Origin: Clostridia bacterium | Lineage (GTDB): Bacteria > Bacillota > Clostridia > UBA1381 | DNA length: 64,000 nt | Reading direction: 5' to 3' | NCBI GenBank assembly: GCA_017935675.1 | Contig: JAGBHE010000026.1 | Coordinates: 17,436 to 81,435 of the forward strand | In this document: positions 37,075 to 46,882 of the stretch, in pieces | Layout of the letters: each line of letters opens with the position of its first letter | Position numbering within the stretch: position 1 is the stretch's first letter | Made by a program: the position numbers and the translations under genes | Notes under the pieces: generated by a model | Told to the model about the DNA's origin: nothing | Databases searched by the model: none | What the model saw: the letters and a program-made list of their open reading frames with translations, nothing else

Positions 37075-38556
37075 ATGAAAATCAAACAGGTGTTATCAGC
37101 CGCTGTGGCAGGATGTATGCTTACAGCAATTTTATCCGGATGCGGCACAAATGAGGAGAAAAGCATTACTTTAAAATATGTAATGCCGGGACCGGGTATT
37201 CAGGAAAATTCAAAGGAGGTCTGGTCAGTTTTTAATGACGAGCTGCATGAAAGATTACCGGGTGTTTCTGTGGATTTTGAGGTTATTCCTCTATCTGAAT
37301 ATAAGCAAAAGATTATGTTGATGATGGCGGCAAGAGAAAAGATAGATATAGTGAATAATTACAGCCTTGATTTTGCTACGGAGATTGCCAACGGCTCTTT
37401 TGCCGAAATGAATGATCTTCTCGATAAGTACGGAAAAGAGCTCAAAGAAGCATTACCCGAGTGGATATGGGATTATGAAACTGTAAACGGTAAGATTTAC
37501 GGTGTTCCCACATATCAGATGATGGGACAGACAAGATGTATATGTTTTATAAAGGAATACGCCGATCAATATCTTGATACCGATGCATTAAGAGCGGCAA
37601 TTGATTCGGCGCCTACCTTCTCACAGAATGTATATGACATTTTAGGGAAGTATTGCGAGGATCTTAAGGCAAACGGTATTGATTTTGAAACTACCGATAC
37701 ATTAAATCCAAAGGGATATGATACGGTTACAAATCAGTATTCTGTAGTTATGGGTGATGACAAGTGTCAGGTTGTTAACAGATATGCAAATGATGCGGCA
37801 AAAATCAAATATGAAAATGCCGCACAGTGGTATAAAAAGGGATATATCAGGGATGATGTTCTTTCTGCCGAGGATATCAGCTCATTAAAAGGCAAAAAAG
37901 ACGGCTTTGCTTTCTGGGATGAAATATATTCTCCTTATGCGGAAGAAGAGCTTTTCAAAAAATACGGAAATGAAATTACTGCAGTTCCGTATGATTTAGA
38001 GCCGCCCATCGGAGGTACGGCATTAGCAGGCGGAACCTCAATTGCAGCATCAAGCAAATATCCCGAACAGGCAATGCAGATTATAAACCTTATTCAGAGC
38101 GACAAGGAATTATATAATTTGCTGGTATACGGGCGTGAAGGCATTGAATATGAAAAAATCGGTGAAGACAGAATAGAAACAAAATATGATGCATCACAAG
38201 CAAGTGAAAATGATTCTTACGGGTTGTATAAATGGATTGTAGGAAATACAGAACGCGCATACTCAAACCAATCTGAACCGGATACATACAAGGAATGGGC
38301 GTTTAATGAAATTAATGCTTCATCCAATCGTTCAAGGATTATAGGTTTTTTGCCGGACACAAGCAGCTTTGCAGACAGAATTACTCAAACAGATGCTATA
38401 AAAACACAGTACTCAAATGTACTCTGGAATGGCGTTAAGGGTGACGATTGGGAAGCATACTATAATGAGTTTGTTGAAAAGCTTAATATTGCGGGAGACG
38501 ATGTAATTAAATCGGAATTACAGAAGCAAATAGATGAATTCCTGAAAGATAAATAA
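37075..38556 (+). CDS. ABC transporter solute-binding lipoprotein
   Basis: MKIKQVLSAAVAGCMLTAILSGCG lipobox; family-1 large sugar SBP. Confidence 0.8.
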   Translation: MKIKQVLSAAVAGCMLTAILSGCGTNEEKSITLKYVMPGPGIQENSKEVWSVFNDELHERLPGVSVDFEVIPLSEYKQKIMLMMAAREKIDIVNNYSLDFATEIANGSFAEMNDLLDKYGKELKEALPEWIWDYETVNGKIYGVPTYQMMGQTRCICFIKEYADQYLDTDALRAAIDSAPTFSQNVYDILGKYCEDLKANGIDFETTDTLNPKGYDTVTNQYSVVMGDDKCQVVNRYANDAAKIKYENAAQWYKKGYIRDDVLSAEDISSLKGKKDGFAFWDEIYSPYAEEELFKKYGNEITAVPYDLEPPIGGTALAGGTSIAASSKYPEQAMQIINLIQSDKELYNLLVYGREGIEYEKIGEDRIETKYDASQASENDSYGLYKWIVGNTERAYSNQSEPDTYKEWAFNEINASSNRSRIIGFLPDTSSFADRITQTDAIKTQYSNVLWNGVKGDDWEAYYNEFVEKLNIAGDDVIKSELQKQIDEFLKDK

Positions 38557-38624
38557 TTTAAATTTTGAAATTATGGAGTAATTTACTCCGTAAAATAAAA
38601 TTAATAGAGAAAGGAAGTTAGATT

Positions 38625-41213
38625 ATGAAATCTACAAAACTAACAAAAATTTCGGCTCTGATTTCTGCTGCAGCATTATGTGCCGGAATATTTTCAGCTT
38701 TGGTTTATGCAGAAGAAACCACCTATGTAACCGAACGTATTTATGTTGACAAAACGGTTATGCTGTGCCATGACAAGGCAAATCCTAAAATAGAGGTGGA
38801 TAGTGACTATATCGCCTTGAATTATAATACTACAGGTATATTATCCTTTGACCTGGGGTACACAGGAAATGTATCGTCTGTTAAGCTGGGAATTGCAAAG
38901 TGGAACGGAGCAGGCGAATTATATGAGTACGGGTTGAATAATGCGGTGTATGACGACTACAAAATGAATGAGGGGGATTTTAATACCTGGGATAGCTTTG
39001 TTCCCGAACTGAGTACATCAGCATACAAACTCACATCTACTAAGGATGCTTTTAATAACTACGACGAAATTGACATCACCGATTTTGCAGCACAAATAAA
39101 CAGCTCAAGATATTTATCAATCGGTTTAAAAAAGGAGGGCAGTTTAAACAATGTATGTTTATGGGCAAAAGCATTGGCATTCCAGCCATATATTGAAGTT
39201 ACAAGAGATGTAACTATGAACGCTTCGGATTTTGTTGAGGCAGTAAACAATTCAACAGATGAAATCGGGGTTGAGGCTGCTATAGAGAATTATGCGCAGG
39301 CAACGGGCTTGGATTATAAACGCTACAGCATGATAGATCATTGCGATATATTTGCAAAGGAATTGGCAGGTAAGCATTATGCAAGCTTTGAACAGTTAAA
39401 AGCTGATTTTAATGCTATGCTTGATAAATATGTTCCTAAAACTGAAATTCCATGTGAATTTTTTGCAGGCTTTAACGGCGGTGAATTTAACTGTCTCGGA
39501 AAGGCAACAGATTCAAAAACAATAAAGGATACAAATTCAAATACAATAATTATCGGATATAAAACTGACAAGGTCAATCCGCAGACATTAAAGGGCGTAA
39601 GTGTAAGGTTCAAACAGGCAACAGATAATACATCACCTTATAAAATGGGATTTATGTTAAAGTACATATTATCAGATACATATCCCAAGATTGAATACGG
39701 CGGGTCAAGTACAGAGGTTTATCGGAACTGGAAGGATTTTCTCGCACAGGAAACTGCCATAAACAAGAAAATTGATATCAGCGAATTAAAGGACGATACT
39801 TTCTATGCAGACATGCCTGAGCTTGTTGCACCCTTGAGCGGAAATGCGGGTAAAGAGTTAGTGCTTCATGCAACAATTCCCACCAATGATAAGAATAACA
39901 GAAATGTATTCAATTTGTATATGGATTCATCAATTATTTTATATGATGATATTTCCGCTTCATATGTCAGTCTGCAGAATATCTTAGACGGCGTTGCATC
40001 AGAGAAAGAAATAAAGGAATGGGCAGAGGAGTTTGGTCCAAGCTACAATATTGATGTACATGCCTTGTATAATATGGACGGTGTTTATAAGGCTCTTGCA
40101 GGCAAGAGGTTTAATAATATTGACGAATTTTGTGCAGGCTTTACCGCAGCTGTAGAAAGTAATTATGTTACAAAGTATATCAGATCAAATGCTGACGTAA
40201 CACGTGCCGGCGGCGGCGCGGAATATGAATTCAACAATACCGGTCTTATTACCGGAAACGGAAACGGCTGGAATATGGTTATTAACTCGTTTAAGATACC
40301 TGCCGGCAGATATGTTAAGAATATGTCATATGTTGTAACGTATGGATATAATTATACGGCCGGTCAGGAAATTCAGATTCGAAAATATTCAACAAGCGAA
40401 ATTCCTGCTGTTCCTGACGGAACAAAATATGAAAAAGGAACAGCTGAGCATACAGCCTGGGTGAATTACTTCGATAAGGAAATGAAGGTACCGAACCTTG
40501 AGAATTATACACTCTCAGAGGACGCAGGTATTGGTCAAACAACAGAAGTTAAACTTTCTGAGGATATGTTAACGGATGTTCAGGCAGGCGCTGCTCAACT
40601 TAATTTAGCTGTTACCGGTTCGGGTAATTTACAAATGTACAGTACTTATAACACTTCAGGCAAGGTACCGTCACAGTTAAAGGTTGTATACGATAAGACG
40701 GCGTTTGATACATATCTTTTAAACGCGGTCAACAGTGCGGCAAATGCAAATGATGTAGCAGCCGCTCTTAATGAGTACAGCCTTGCACTTGCTGATTATG
40801 AAGGCTATGAAGCTTTATGCGACAATGCAAAGAAACTTGTAAGCGAAGAAGTATATGGCAGAGAATATGCAAGCGTATCTGAAATCGATGCCGTATTAAG
40901 TGATTTTGCAGCTAAGTATAACGGACAGAAGTTCGTTATTAAGAGTGCTGCCGATAATAACGGAACAATCAGCGCAGAAATAGTAAATGTAGAAGGTGAA
41001 GCACAAAGCCCTGTATTATTTGCCGCATATTATAACAATAATGTGATGGTAAACATGGTAACATATTCAGGAACGGATATTCCTGCAGAAGCTTACGGGA
41101 AAGCTAACTGTACGATCGGTTCATACAATGGTGCATATGACAGTGTAAAGGTATTTATATTCAAATCTTTTAATACAATTGAACCCTGGGCAAAATCATT
41201 TGATGTTAAATAA
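38625..41213 (+). CDS. 862-aa secreted protein of unknown function: three [beta-sandwich + ~70-aa helical] units plus the conserved C-terminal tail module
   Basis: Signal peptide ..LCAGIFSALVYA. Three helical segments share a pattern (ASDFVEAVNNSTDEIGVEAAIENYAQATGLDYKRY.., YVSLQNILDGVASEKEIKEWAEEFGPSYNIDVHALY.., FDTYLLNAVNSAANANDVAAALNEYSLALADYEGY..). The first sandwich has a DNRLRE-like ILSFDLGY..VSSVKLGI stretch. The tail reads ..VLFAAYYNNNVMVNM..VKVFIFKSFNTIEPW. Confidence 0.65.
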   Translation: MKSTKLTKISALISAAALCAGIFSALVYAEETTYVTERIYVDKTVMLCHDKANPKIEVDSDYIALNYNTTGILSFDLGYTGNVSSVKLGIAKWNGAGELYEYGLNNAVYDDYKMNEGDFNTWDSFVPELSTSAYKLTSTKDAFNNYDEIDITDFAAQINSSRYLSIGLKKEGSLNNVCLWAKALAFQPYIEVTRDVTMNASDFVEAVNNSTDEIGVEAAIENYAQATGLDYKRYSMIDHCDIFAKELAGKHYASFEQLKADFNAMLDKYVPKTEIPCEFFAGFNGGEFNCLGKATDSKTIKDTNSNTIIIGYKTDKVNPQTLKGVSVRFKQATDNTSPYKMGFMLKYILSDTYPKIEYGGSSTEVYRNWKDFLAQETAINKKIDISELKDDTFYADMPELVAPLSGNAGKELVLHATIPTNDKNNRNVFNLYMDSSIILYDDISASYVSLQNILDGVASEKEIKEWAEEFGPSYNIDVHALYNMDGVYKALAGKRFNNIDEFCAGFTAAVESNYVTKYIRSNADVTRAGGGAEYEFNNTGLITGNGNGWNMVINSFKIPAGRYVKNMSYVVTYGYNYTAGQEIQIRKYSTSEIPAVPDGTKYEKGTAEHTAWVNYFDKEMKVPNLENYTLSEDAGIGQTTEVKLSEDMLTDVQAGAAQLNLAVTGSGNLQMYSTYNTSGKVPSQLKVVYDKTAFDTYLLNAVNSAANANDVAAALNEYSLALADYEGYEALCDNAKKLVSEEVYGREYASVSEIDAVLSDFAAKYNGQKFVIKSAADNNGTISAEIVNVEGEAQSPVLFAAYYNNNVMVNMVTYSGTDIPAEAYGKANCTIGSYNGAYDSVKVFIFKSFNTIEPWAKSFDVK

Positions 41214-41308
41214 GCATTCATAACATAGAAGTAATTCAAAATCATAAGAAGCTTTATGGGGCTGCATTGCAGCAGCCTCATAAAGCTTACATAAGGAGGA
41301 GCTTGAAA

Positions 41309-44161
41309 ATGACTAAATGGGCATTATATGTTAAAATAAGCTTATTGGCTTGCTTTACAATGATAATACCAAATGCAGTCATGGCTGAAGAATGCAGTAT
41401 TAACTTATCTGAAATCAATCAATGGACATCGGCGGAGGAATCAAAGTCGGACAGCGATAGATTTGTTTCAAATAATGGTGAATTATACTATTATGATAAG
41501 GGAGGAATAATTACAGACTCAAATACAGAAGAGTCCGGGTATACTTTATATCATGATTTTGATACACCGGTTTCCGGTGATGTATATATAAAATTTAAGG
41601 TGAAATGCGACAGAAGTCCGGATTTCCAGGGTATCAGCTTTCTTTCAACAAAAATTAACGGCAGCTATGTTAATTCAAGAGTGTCTCCTTCAAATACAAG
41701 AATAATGCGTTGTGAGTTTTCAAACAGATTAAGAAATATAACCGGAGACCGGGATGCTGTCATCCCGGAATACAACTATATTGACGGTTACTGGTATTCG
41801 TATGATGTAACATTGCATCTGACAGGTTCGACAATCGGAAATACCGCTGATATATCAATAAAGAATGATGCAGTTGACGGGAATAAATTAAATGTCAGCT
41901 TCAAAGATGTACAGATTAACGGAGGCGGTGTATTGGGAAGCATTGTTATTAACAGTGCAGACCGAAGAAAACAAACTCTGCAGAGTGAAATGCATATAAA
42001 GGATTTTACCGTAACATTTAATAAGGCTCCGGATGAAAATGATAATAAAATTACAATAAAGCTTGATGGCAGTAAGCGTCAAAGATTTAACGGTTTGGGT
42101 GTCAATGCGGGCAGTGCATTTGAGATTCATTCGGATGAAGCAGTAAGAGATGAAATGCTTGATAAGATTTTTAATGATCTGGATGTGGATAAATTAAGAA
42201 TATGGGTCAATGTGGGTATTTATATGCAGAAGGACGAGAATGGTAATATTGTTTATGATCTCGACGCCGCGAATCCTTATATCCGGGATACAAGGTTTAA
42301 TATGCTTGAAGGCTTTTGGTATAATTATGAACGGGCAAAGGATTATGGGATGATGTCAATTAACGATATTATCGATAAATATAATATAAATGAAGTTTTA
42401 CTTGCTCCCGGCGGATTGTCGGGGGACAATTATAAAGTGCCGGCATGGATGCGGGGAAACGTTGAGGATCCATACACAGGTGAAATCCTTTCGGATATGC
42501 TTTTACCTGAAAATGCTCCTGTATACGGAGAAGCGCTGGCACGGTTGATTTATGATGTAAGGGATAAATATAATGTGAAAATAACAGCTGCAACAATCTT
42601 TAATGAGCTTGGCGGCTGTATAACAGATAGAGAAATATTAACGATTATTAAAACCTTGAGAAATAAACTTGATGAATACGGACTGAATTATGTTAAAATA
42701 TTAGCACCTGAGTATTCAACCAACAGTTTGAGCAGATTATCAAGGTTTATGAATTATATAAAGCAGGATCCTGAGGCTTATGATATAATATTCGGCTTTG
42801 CAAATCATTCATACAGCTGCGGAACCGGCAGGGCAGAGGAAGAATTTATACTGGAAAGCTCAAAGCCGTTATGGATGACTGAAATATGTGAAGAGGGTGA
42901 GCTGACCGGCGGAGGTTACAGCGAGTGTGCACATACAGCAGGAATATTCCTGTCTGATCTGAACCATATGGTTTCGGATTGGTATTACTTTATAGCAGCA
43001 AATGCTGTGCATGAAAACAGACTGTTTACGGTGGGCGGCACATTGATGTATTCTACATATTCGGGCACATCAAATATAATACCGCCTGAGGAGAGAAAAT
43101 ATCATGCCGGCTATACACAAAGACCGATTTATGCATATTTAAAACAAACAGTAGATGCAATCCCCAAAGGAACTGTGATGACCAAATGCATAAGCAACCG
43201 TGAGGGTGACATGGAGCTGAGCGACATCAATGATAATAAGCTGTACGCAGCTGCCGGTGAAAATCCCGACGGCGGTATATCTATTGCATTATTAAACAAT
43301 ACGAGTACAGAAAAACAGTTAATTGAATTTAATGCAAATAATTCATCAAGGGTGTTTGCTGATGAAGTGATTACCGTTGATGTTGATTTGTCTGAATATG
43401 ATATAAACGAAAATATTGAGTTTAATGTAATATCAACATCACCCGACGGTGAAATTGTCGATATGGGAAAAATCACTGCCCATGACTCTAAATTAAGCAT
43501 ATCTGTAAGACCCGCGGAATTAATTACACTGGTAAGCAGCGGGGCGGTAAAGAGCATGTACAGTGCAGGGATAAACAAACAAACGCACAATGTATTTGTA
43601 GAAGGTGTATTAAAACAGCCCTTTAATAAGGATACAGAAATAAATATAATGTTAGCAAAAAAGGACAGTGACGGAAATGTTTCGGATATTGCGTATGTAA
43701 ACAGCACATATCCGGATGATTATGGAAGATATTCAATGAAGTTCAGCCTTCCGGAGTATATGTGTGAAGAAGGTAGGTTAAACGGATATAAGCTGTATGC
43801 ATATCATAATTCAAATAATCTGGTGAATGATTATATTCTTAAAGTTGAGTCGGGCGGAATATTGGATGTGGATTACAACACATTTAATTCCGGAAAACTT
43901 AATGCTGACATAACAAATCCTTACGGAAATAATGAAGCTTATAAGATTATTGTCGGATTTTATGACATTAACGGCAGACTTATATCCTGTCAGATGTCAG
44001 AAGAAAAAGACATAAGCTATGAGAGCTTCACAAAGGAGTCCGGCAGCAATGAACAAATCAGCTATGAAGCACCGGCAGGAACCGTAAAAATAAAAGCATT
44101 TGTTTTCGGACGCGGTTCGGCAATGACACCGATGGACGAATGTGTTCAGACAATGTATTAA
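41309..44161 (+). CDS. 950-aa secreted putative clan GH-A glycoside hydrolase (GH30-like TIM barrel) with an N-terminal lectin-like module and C-terminal beta-modules
   Basis: RBS AAGGAGGAG then ATG 41309; signal peptide ..IIPNAVMA. RQRFNGLGVNAGSAFE.., KLRIWVNVG, PAWMRGN, TIFNELGG (acid/base-type NE), FGFANHSYS and PLWMTEICEEG (nucleophile-type TE). Tail ..YKIIVGFYDINGRLIS..IKAFVFGRGSAMTPM. Confidence 0.5.
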   Translation: MTKWALYVKISLLACFTMIIPNAVMAEECSINLSEINQWTSAEESKSDSDRFVSNNGELYYYDKGGIITDSNTEESGYTLYHDFDTPVSGDVYIKFKVKCDRSPDFQGISFLSTKINGSYVNSRVSPSNTRIMRCEFSNRLRNITGDRDAVIPEYNYIDGYWYSYDVTLHLTGSTIGNTADISIKNDAVDGNKLNVSFKDVQINGGGVLGSIVINSADRRKQTLQSEMHIKDFTVTFNKAPDENDNKITIKLDGSKRQRFNGLGVNAGSAFEIHSDEAVRDEMLDKIFNDLDVDKLRIWVNVGIYMQKDENGNIVYDLDAANPYIRDTRFNMLEGFWYNYERAKDYGMMSINDIIDKYNINEVLLAPGGLSGDNYKVPAWMRGNVEDPYTGEILSDMLLPENAPVYGEALARLIYDVRDKYNVKITAATIFNELGGCITDREILTIIKTLRNKLDEYGLNYVKILAPEYSTNSLSRLSRFMNYIKQDPEAYDIIFGFANHSYSCGTGRAEEEFILESSKPLWMTEICEEGELTGGGYSECAHTAGIFLSDLNHMVSDWYYFIAANAVHENRLFTVGGTLMYSTYSGTSNIIPPEERKYHAGYTQRPIYAYLKQTVDAIPKGTVMTKCISNREGDMELSDINDNKLYAAAGENPDGGISIALLNNTSTEKQLIEFNANNSSRVFADEVITVDVDLSEYDINENIEFNVISTSPDGEIVDMGKITAHDSKLSISVRPAELITLVSSGAVKSMYSAGINKQTHNVFVEGVLKQPFNKDTEINIMLAKKDSDGNVSDIAYVNSTYPDDYGRYSMKFSLPEYMCEEGRLNGYKLYAYHNSNNLVNDYILKVESGGILDVDYNTFNSGKLNADITNPYGNNEAYKIIVGFYDINGRLISCQMSEEKDISYESFTKESGSNEQISYEAPAGTVKIKAFVFGRGSAMTPMDECVQTMY

Positions 44162-44175
44162 AAAGGAGCATAAAA

Positions 44176-46854
44176 ATGTTAAAGAAATTTATTTTATTCG
44201 TATGTTGTTTTACAGTGTTTGCGGCAGGTATGTCTGCTGACATTGCAGCTGCTGAAGAAGATAATGTATTAATCTCAAAATATGATGAAACAGCGCCATA
44301 TATTACAGTTTTGAAGGAAATAGGTGTTTTACAGCCTGATGAGGCGGGAGATTTAAAATTAGATTATGAGCTTAACCGTATGGATTTTGCGCATCTTGTA
44401 TGCAGGATGTTCAATGCTAATGCAGACAGTGATATTGAGGTTATCAAATATGTAATGGATACCGGTATTATGGTTGGCAGCGGTGACAATTTCCGCGGCG
44501 GGGACAGTATAACATATGATGAGGCAGCAGCAGTAATGATTAAGGCTCTTGGTTATGGTTTTTATGCAGAGAACAGCGGAGGATATCCGTCAGGATATTT
44601 AAAAAAGGCTGCTGAGCTCGGGATATTAAATAAGCTTGAAAATATAGCGGGGCATTCTTCTGTATCCAGGGGATATGCTGCAAGATTGATATTTAATACC
44701 ATGTGTGCAGACATGCCCAAAAGACAAATAGGCAGTGATTTTGATTTTACCCCTGATGCCGGTAACACTATTTTTTCAACTTATCACTCGATTTATGAAA
44801 AATCGGGACAAGTTACTGCAAATGAGTTTACTGTTTTGTACGGAACAAGCGAACCGGATAAAAACCAGGTTGCAGTCCTTGATGAGATTTACGATATAGG
44901 GGATCTGGACTTGCCGGATAAGCTGGGTTATACGGTTAATATTATTTATAAGGATGATGAGGCTTCAGCAAACAGGAGAATTTTGTGTTACGAGTTGGAC
45001 AGCAATAACAATTACGATATTACAATTGACAGTGAGGATATAGAATCAATTGATGAGAATTATATTACTTATTATGAAGGAAGCAGCCGAAAAAGAATAA
45101 AAAACGATGTCAGTCTTTTTGTGTATAACGGAAAGGTTGTAAATATTGATTACAGTCTGATGATTCCGGGCAGCGGAAGTCTGACGCTGATAGGTACTCA
45201 TAGAAATGAATACAGTATAGCTATAGCTCACGATATAAAAACATATGTCGTTAACGGAACGGTAATTGATAAAGAAATGGTTTTTGATAAGTTAAGCAAG
45301 TCTGTATTGATGCTTGACGGCAACGATAAGAAGGTGTCCGTTAAATTCAGTGACAGCAGCAGCGAACTATCAATTGACGCACTTCAGGAAAATGACGTAT
45401 TGGCTGTTGAGGAAAGTGATGACGGAAGGATAATTAAAATTGTTGTATACAGGGATAATTTTTATACCGGTATTATCAGCGGAAGAACTGAGGATGAGTA
45501 CATTGTAGACGGATACAATATAAAGATAAGCAAAGAGCTTCTCGGTGCGTTTGAGGCAGGAAACAGCAATCTGCCTGTAATTCAGCTCGGCAGGTCATAT
45601 AAGGTGCTGTTAAATGACAGAAATGAAATTGCGTTTATAATTGACAGCAATGCTGAAACCAACGGCTATGGTTATTTGCTGCGTCTGGCTGCCGACAGTG
45701 ATGAAGAGGAAAAAGTTTATATTGAAATTTTCACAGCTTCGGGAAGTACAGCTAACCTTGAACTGGCGCAGAGAGTGAAATTAAACGGATATTCGGGAAG
45801 AAAACCATCATATGTTCTGAATGCAATAGGAAATTCCGGAAGCGGCATACAGCAAGTAATATACTATCAGACTAATTCTGACGGAGATGTAAACGTTTTG
45901 GAAACGGCTGTTGATGGGTATGACAGAGAAAGGTTTTCATGTGACTATGCGTCTGATATGGATCCGTCCAGACAACTTGAATATTATTCAAAAACATTCG
46001 GACATAGATATACCTTAAAAAGCGGAGGGGTTATATTCCAGAAAAATCCCGATGTACCCGGGGTCAGCCTTACAGACAGGGATATTAAAGTTGTTTCATT
46101 GGAGGATATAACAGCGCAAAAGGCATATTATGTGGATGTATATGATGCAGAGCTTTCAGGCGAAGCATCGTTGCTTGTAATAACACAGGAGGTATATGAA
46201 AAGCTTGAAGAGGAAACTGCCGGATATTTGATTATATCAAGCTTTGGAACGGGATTAAATTCAGAAGAAGAAACTCTTGATTATATTGTAGGCTCAACAA
46301 AGGATGAGCAGAATGTAAAGCTGTTTGTATCCAGTGATGTGAAAATGGCAGTTCAGGAAGCAGAAAACTTAGGAAATGAAACTCATCCATACAAGTATTA
46401 CAGTTATATAAATGATATATCAGACCTGAAACGTGGAGATGTAATACGTTATACTACAAATGCATACGGTGAGATAAATGTATACGGACCGATGTTCCTG
46501 TCACCTTTTGAACATCCTGAACTTGTATATGAAGATGACGCATATATTGATACAGAATCGGCTCATTATGCCGCCGGATGGACGGCATGGTGTCATATGT
46601 ATGATGTAACACCTGATTTTTTGAGCTTCAGGTCAACAAGAGTTGCAGCTCCCGGCTCCAACGGCGAAAAGGTTAACTCAGTGTTTGTTCATGATTCGAG
46701 AACCCCTGTGTATTTGTGCGACAGAAGTTCAAAGGATATAACTAAAATAACCTGTAATGATATAGTGACGTTAAGAAAGTCAGAAAGCGCAGCTGATAAT
46801 ATGCTTATCAGAGTATTTCAGGGAATGGTGAAGTTTATAGTGATTTACAGATAA
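44176..46854 (+). CDS. 892-aa secreted protein with degenerate N-terminal SLH repeats; paralogue of 24783-27413
   Basis: Signal peptide MLKKFILFVCCFTVFAAGMSADIAAA. SLH-like ..VMDTGIMVGSGDNFRGGDSITYDEAAAVMIKAL and GYLKKAAELGILNK..VSRGYAARLIFNTM. Collinear similarity with the locus A protein continues through the C-terminus. Confidence 0.7.
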   Translation: MLKKFILFVCCFTVFAAGMSADIAAAEEDNVLISKYDETAPYITVLKEIGVLQPDEAGDLKLDYELNRMDFAHLVCRMFNANADSDIEVIKYVMDTGIMVGSGDNFRGGDSITYDEAAAVMIKALGYGFYAENSGGYPSGYLKKAAELGILNKLENIAGHSSVSRGYAARLIFNTMCADMPKRQIGSDFDFTPDAGNTIFSTYHSIYEKSGQVTANEFTVLYGTSEPDKNQVAVLDEIYDIGDLDLPDKLGYTVNIIYKDDEASANRRILCYELDSNNNYDITIDSEDIESIDENYITYYEGSSRKRIKNDVSLFVYNGKVVNIDYSLMIPGSGSLTLIGTHRNEYSIAIAHDIKTYVVNGTVIDKEMVFDKLSKSVLMLDGNDKKVSVKFSDSSSELSIDALQENDVLAVEESDDGRIIKIVVYRDNFYTGIISGRTEDEYIVDGYNIKISKELLGAFEAGNSNLPVIQLGRSYKVLLNDRNEIAFIIDSNAETNGYGYLLRLAADSDEEEKVYIEIFTASGSTANLELAQRVKLNGYSGRKPSYVLNAIGNSGSGIQQVIYYQTNSDGDVNVLETAVDGYDRERFSCDYASDMDPSRQLEYYSKTFGHRYTLKSGGVIFQKNPDVPGVSLTDRDIKVVSLEDITAQKAYYVDVYDAELSGEASLLVITQEVYEKLEEETAGYLIISSFGTGLNSEEETLDYIVGSTKDEQNVKLFVSSDVKMAVQEAENLGNETHPYKYYSYINDISDLKRGDVIRYTTNAYGEINVYGPMFLSPFEHPELVYEDDAYIDTESAHYAAGWTAWCHMYDVTPDFLSFRSTRVAAPGSNGEKVNSVFVHDSRTPVYLCDRSSKDITKITCNDIVTLRKSESAADNMLIRVFQGMVKFIVIYR

Positions 46855-46882
46855 GCTTTGTTATATAGAAGGGAGGATGCAT

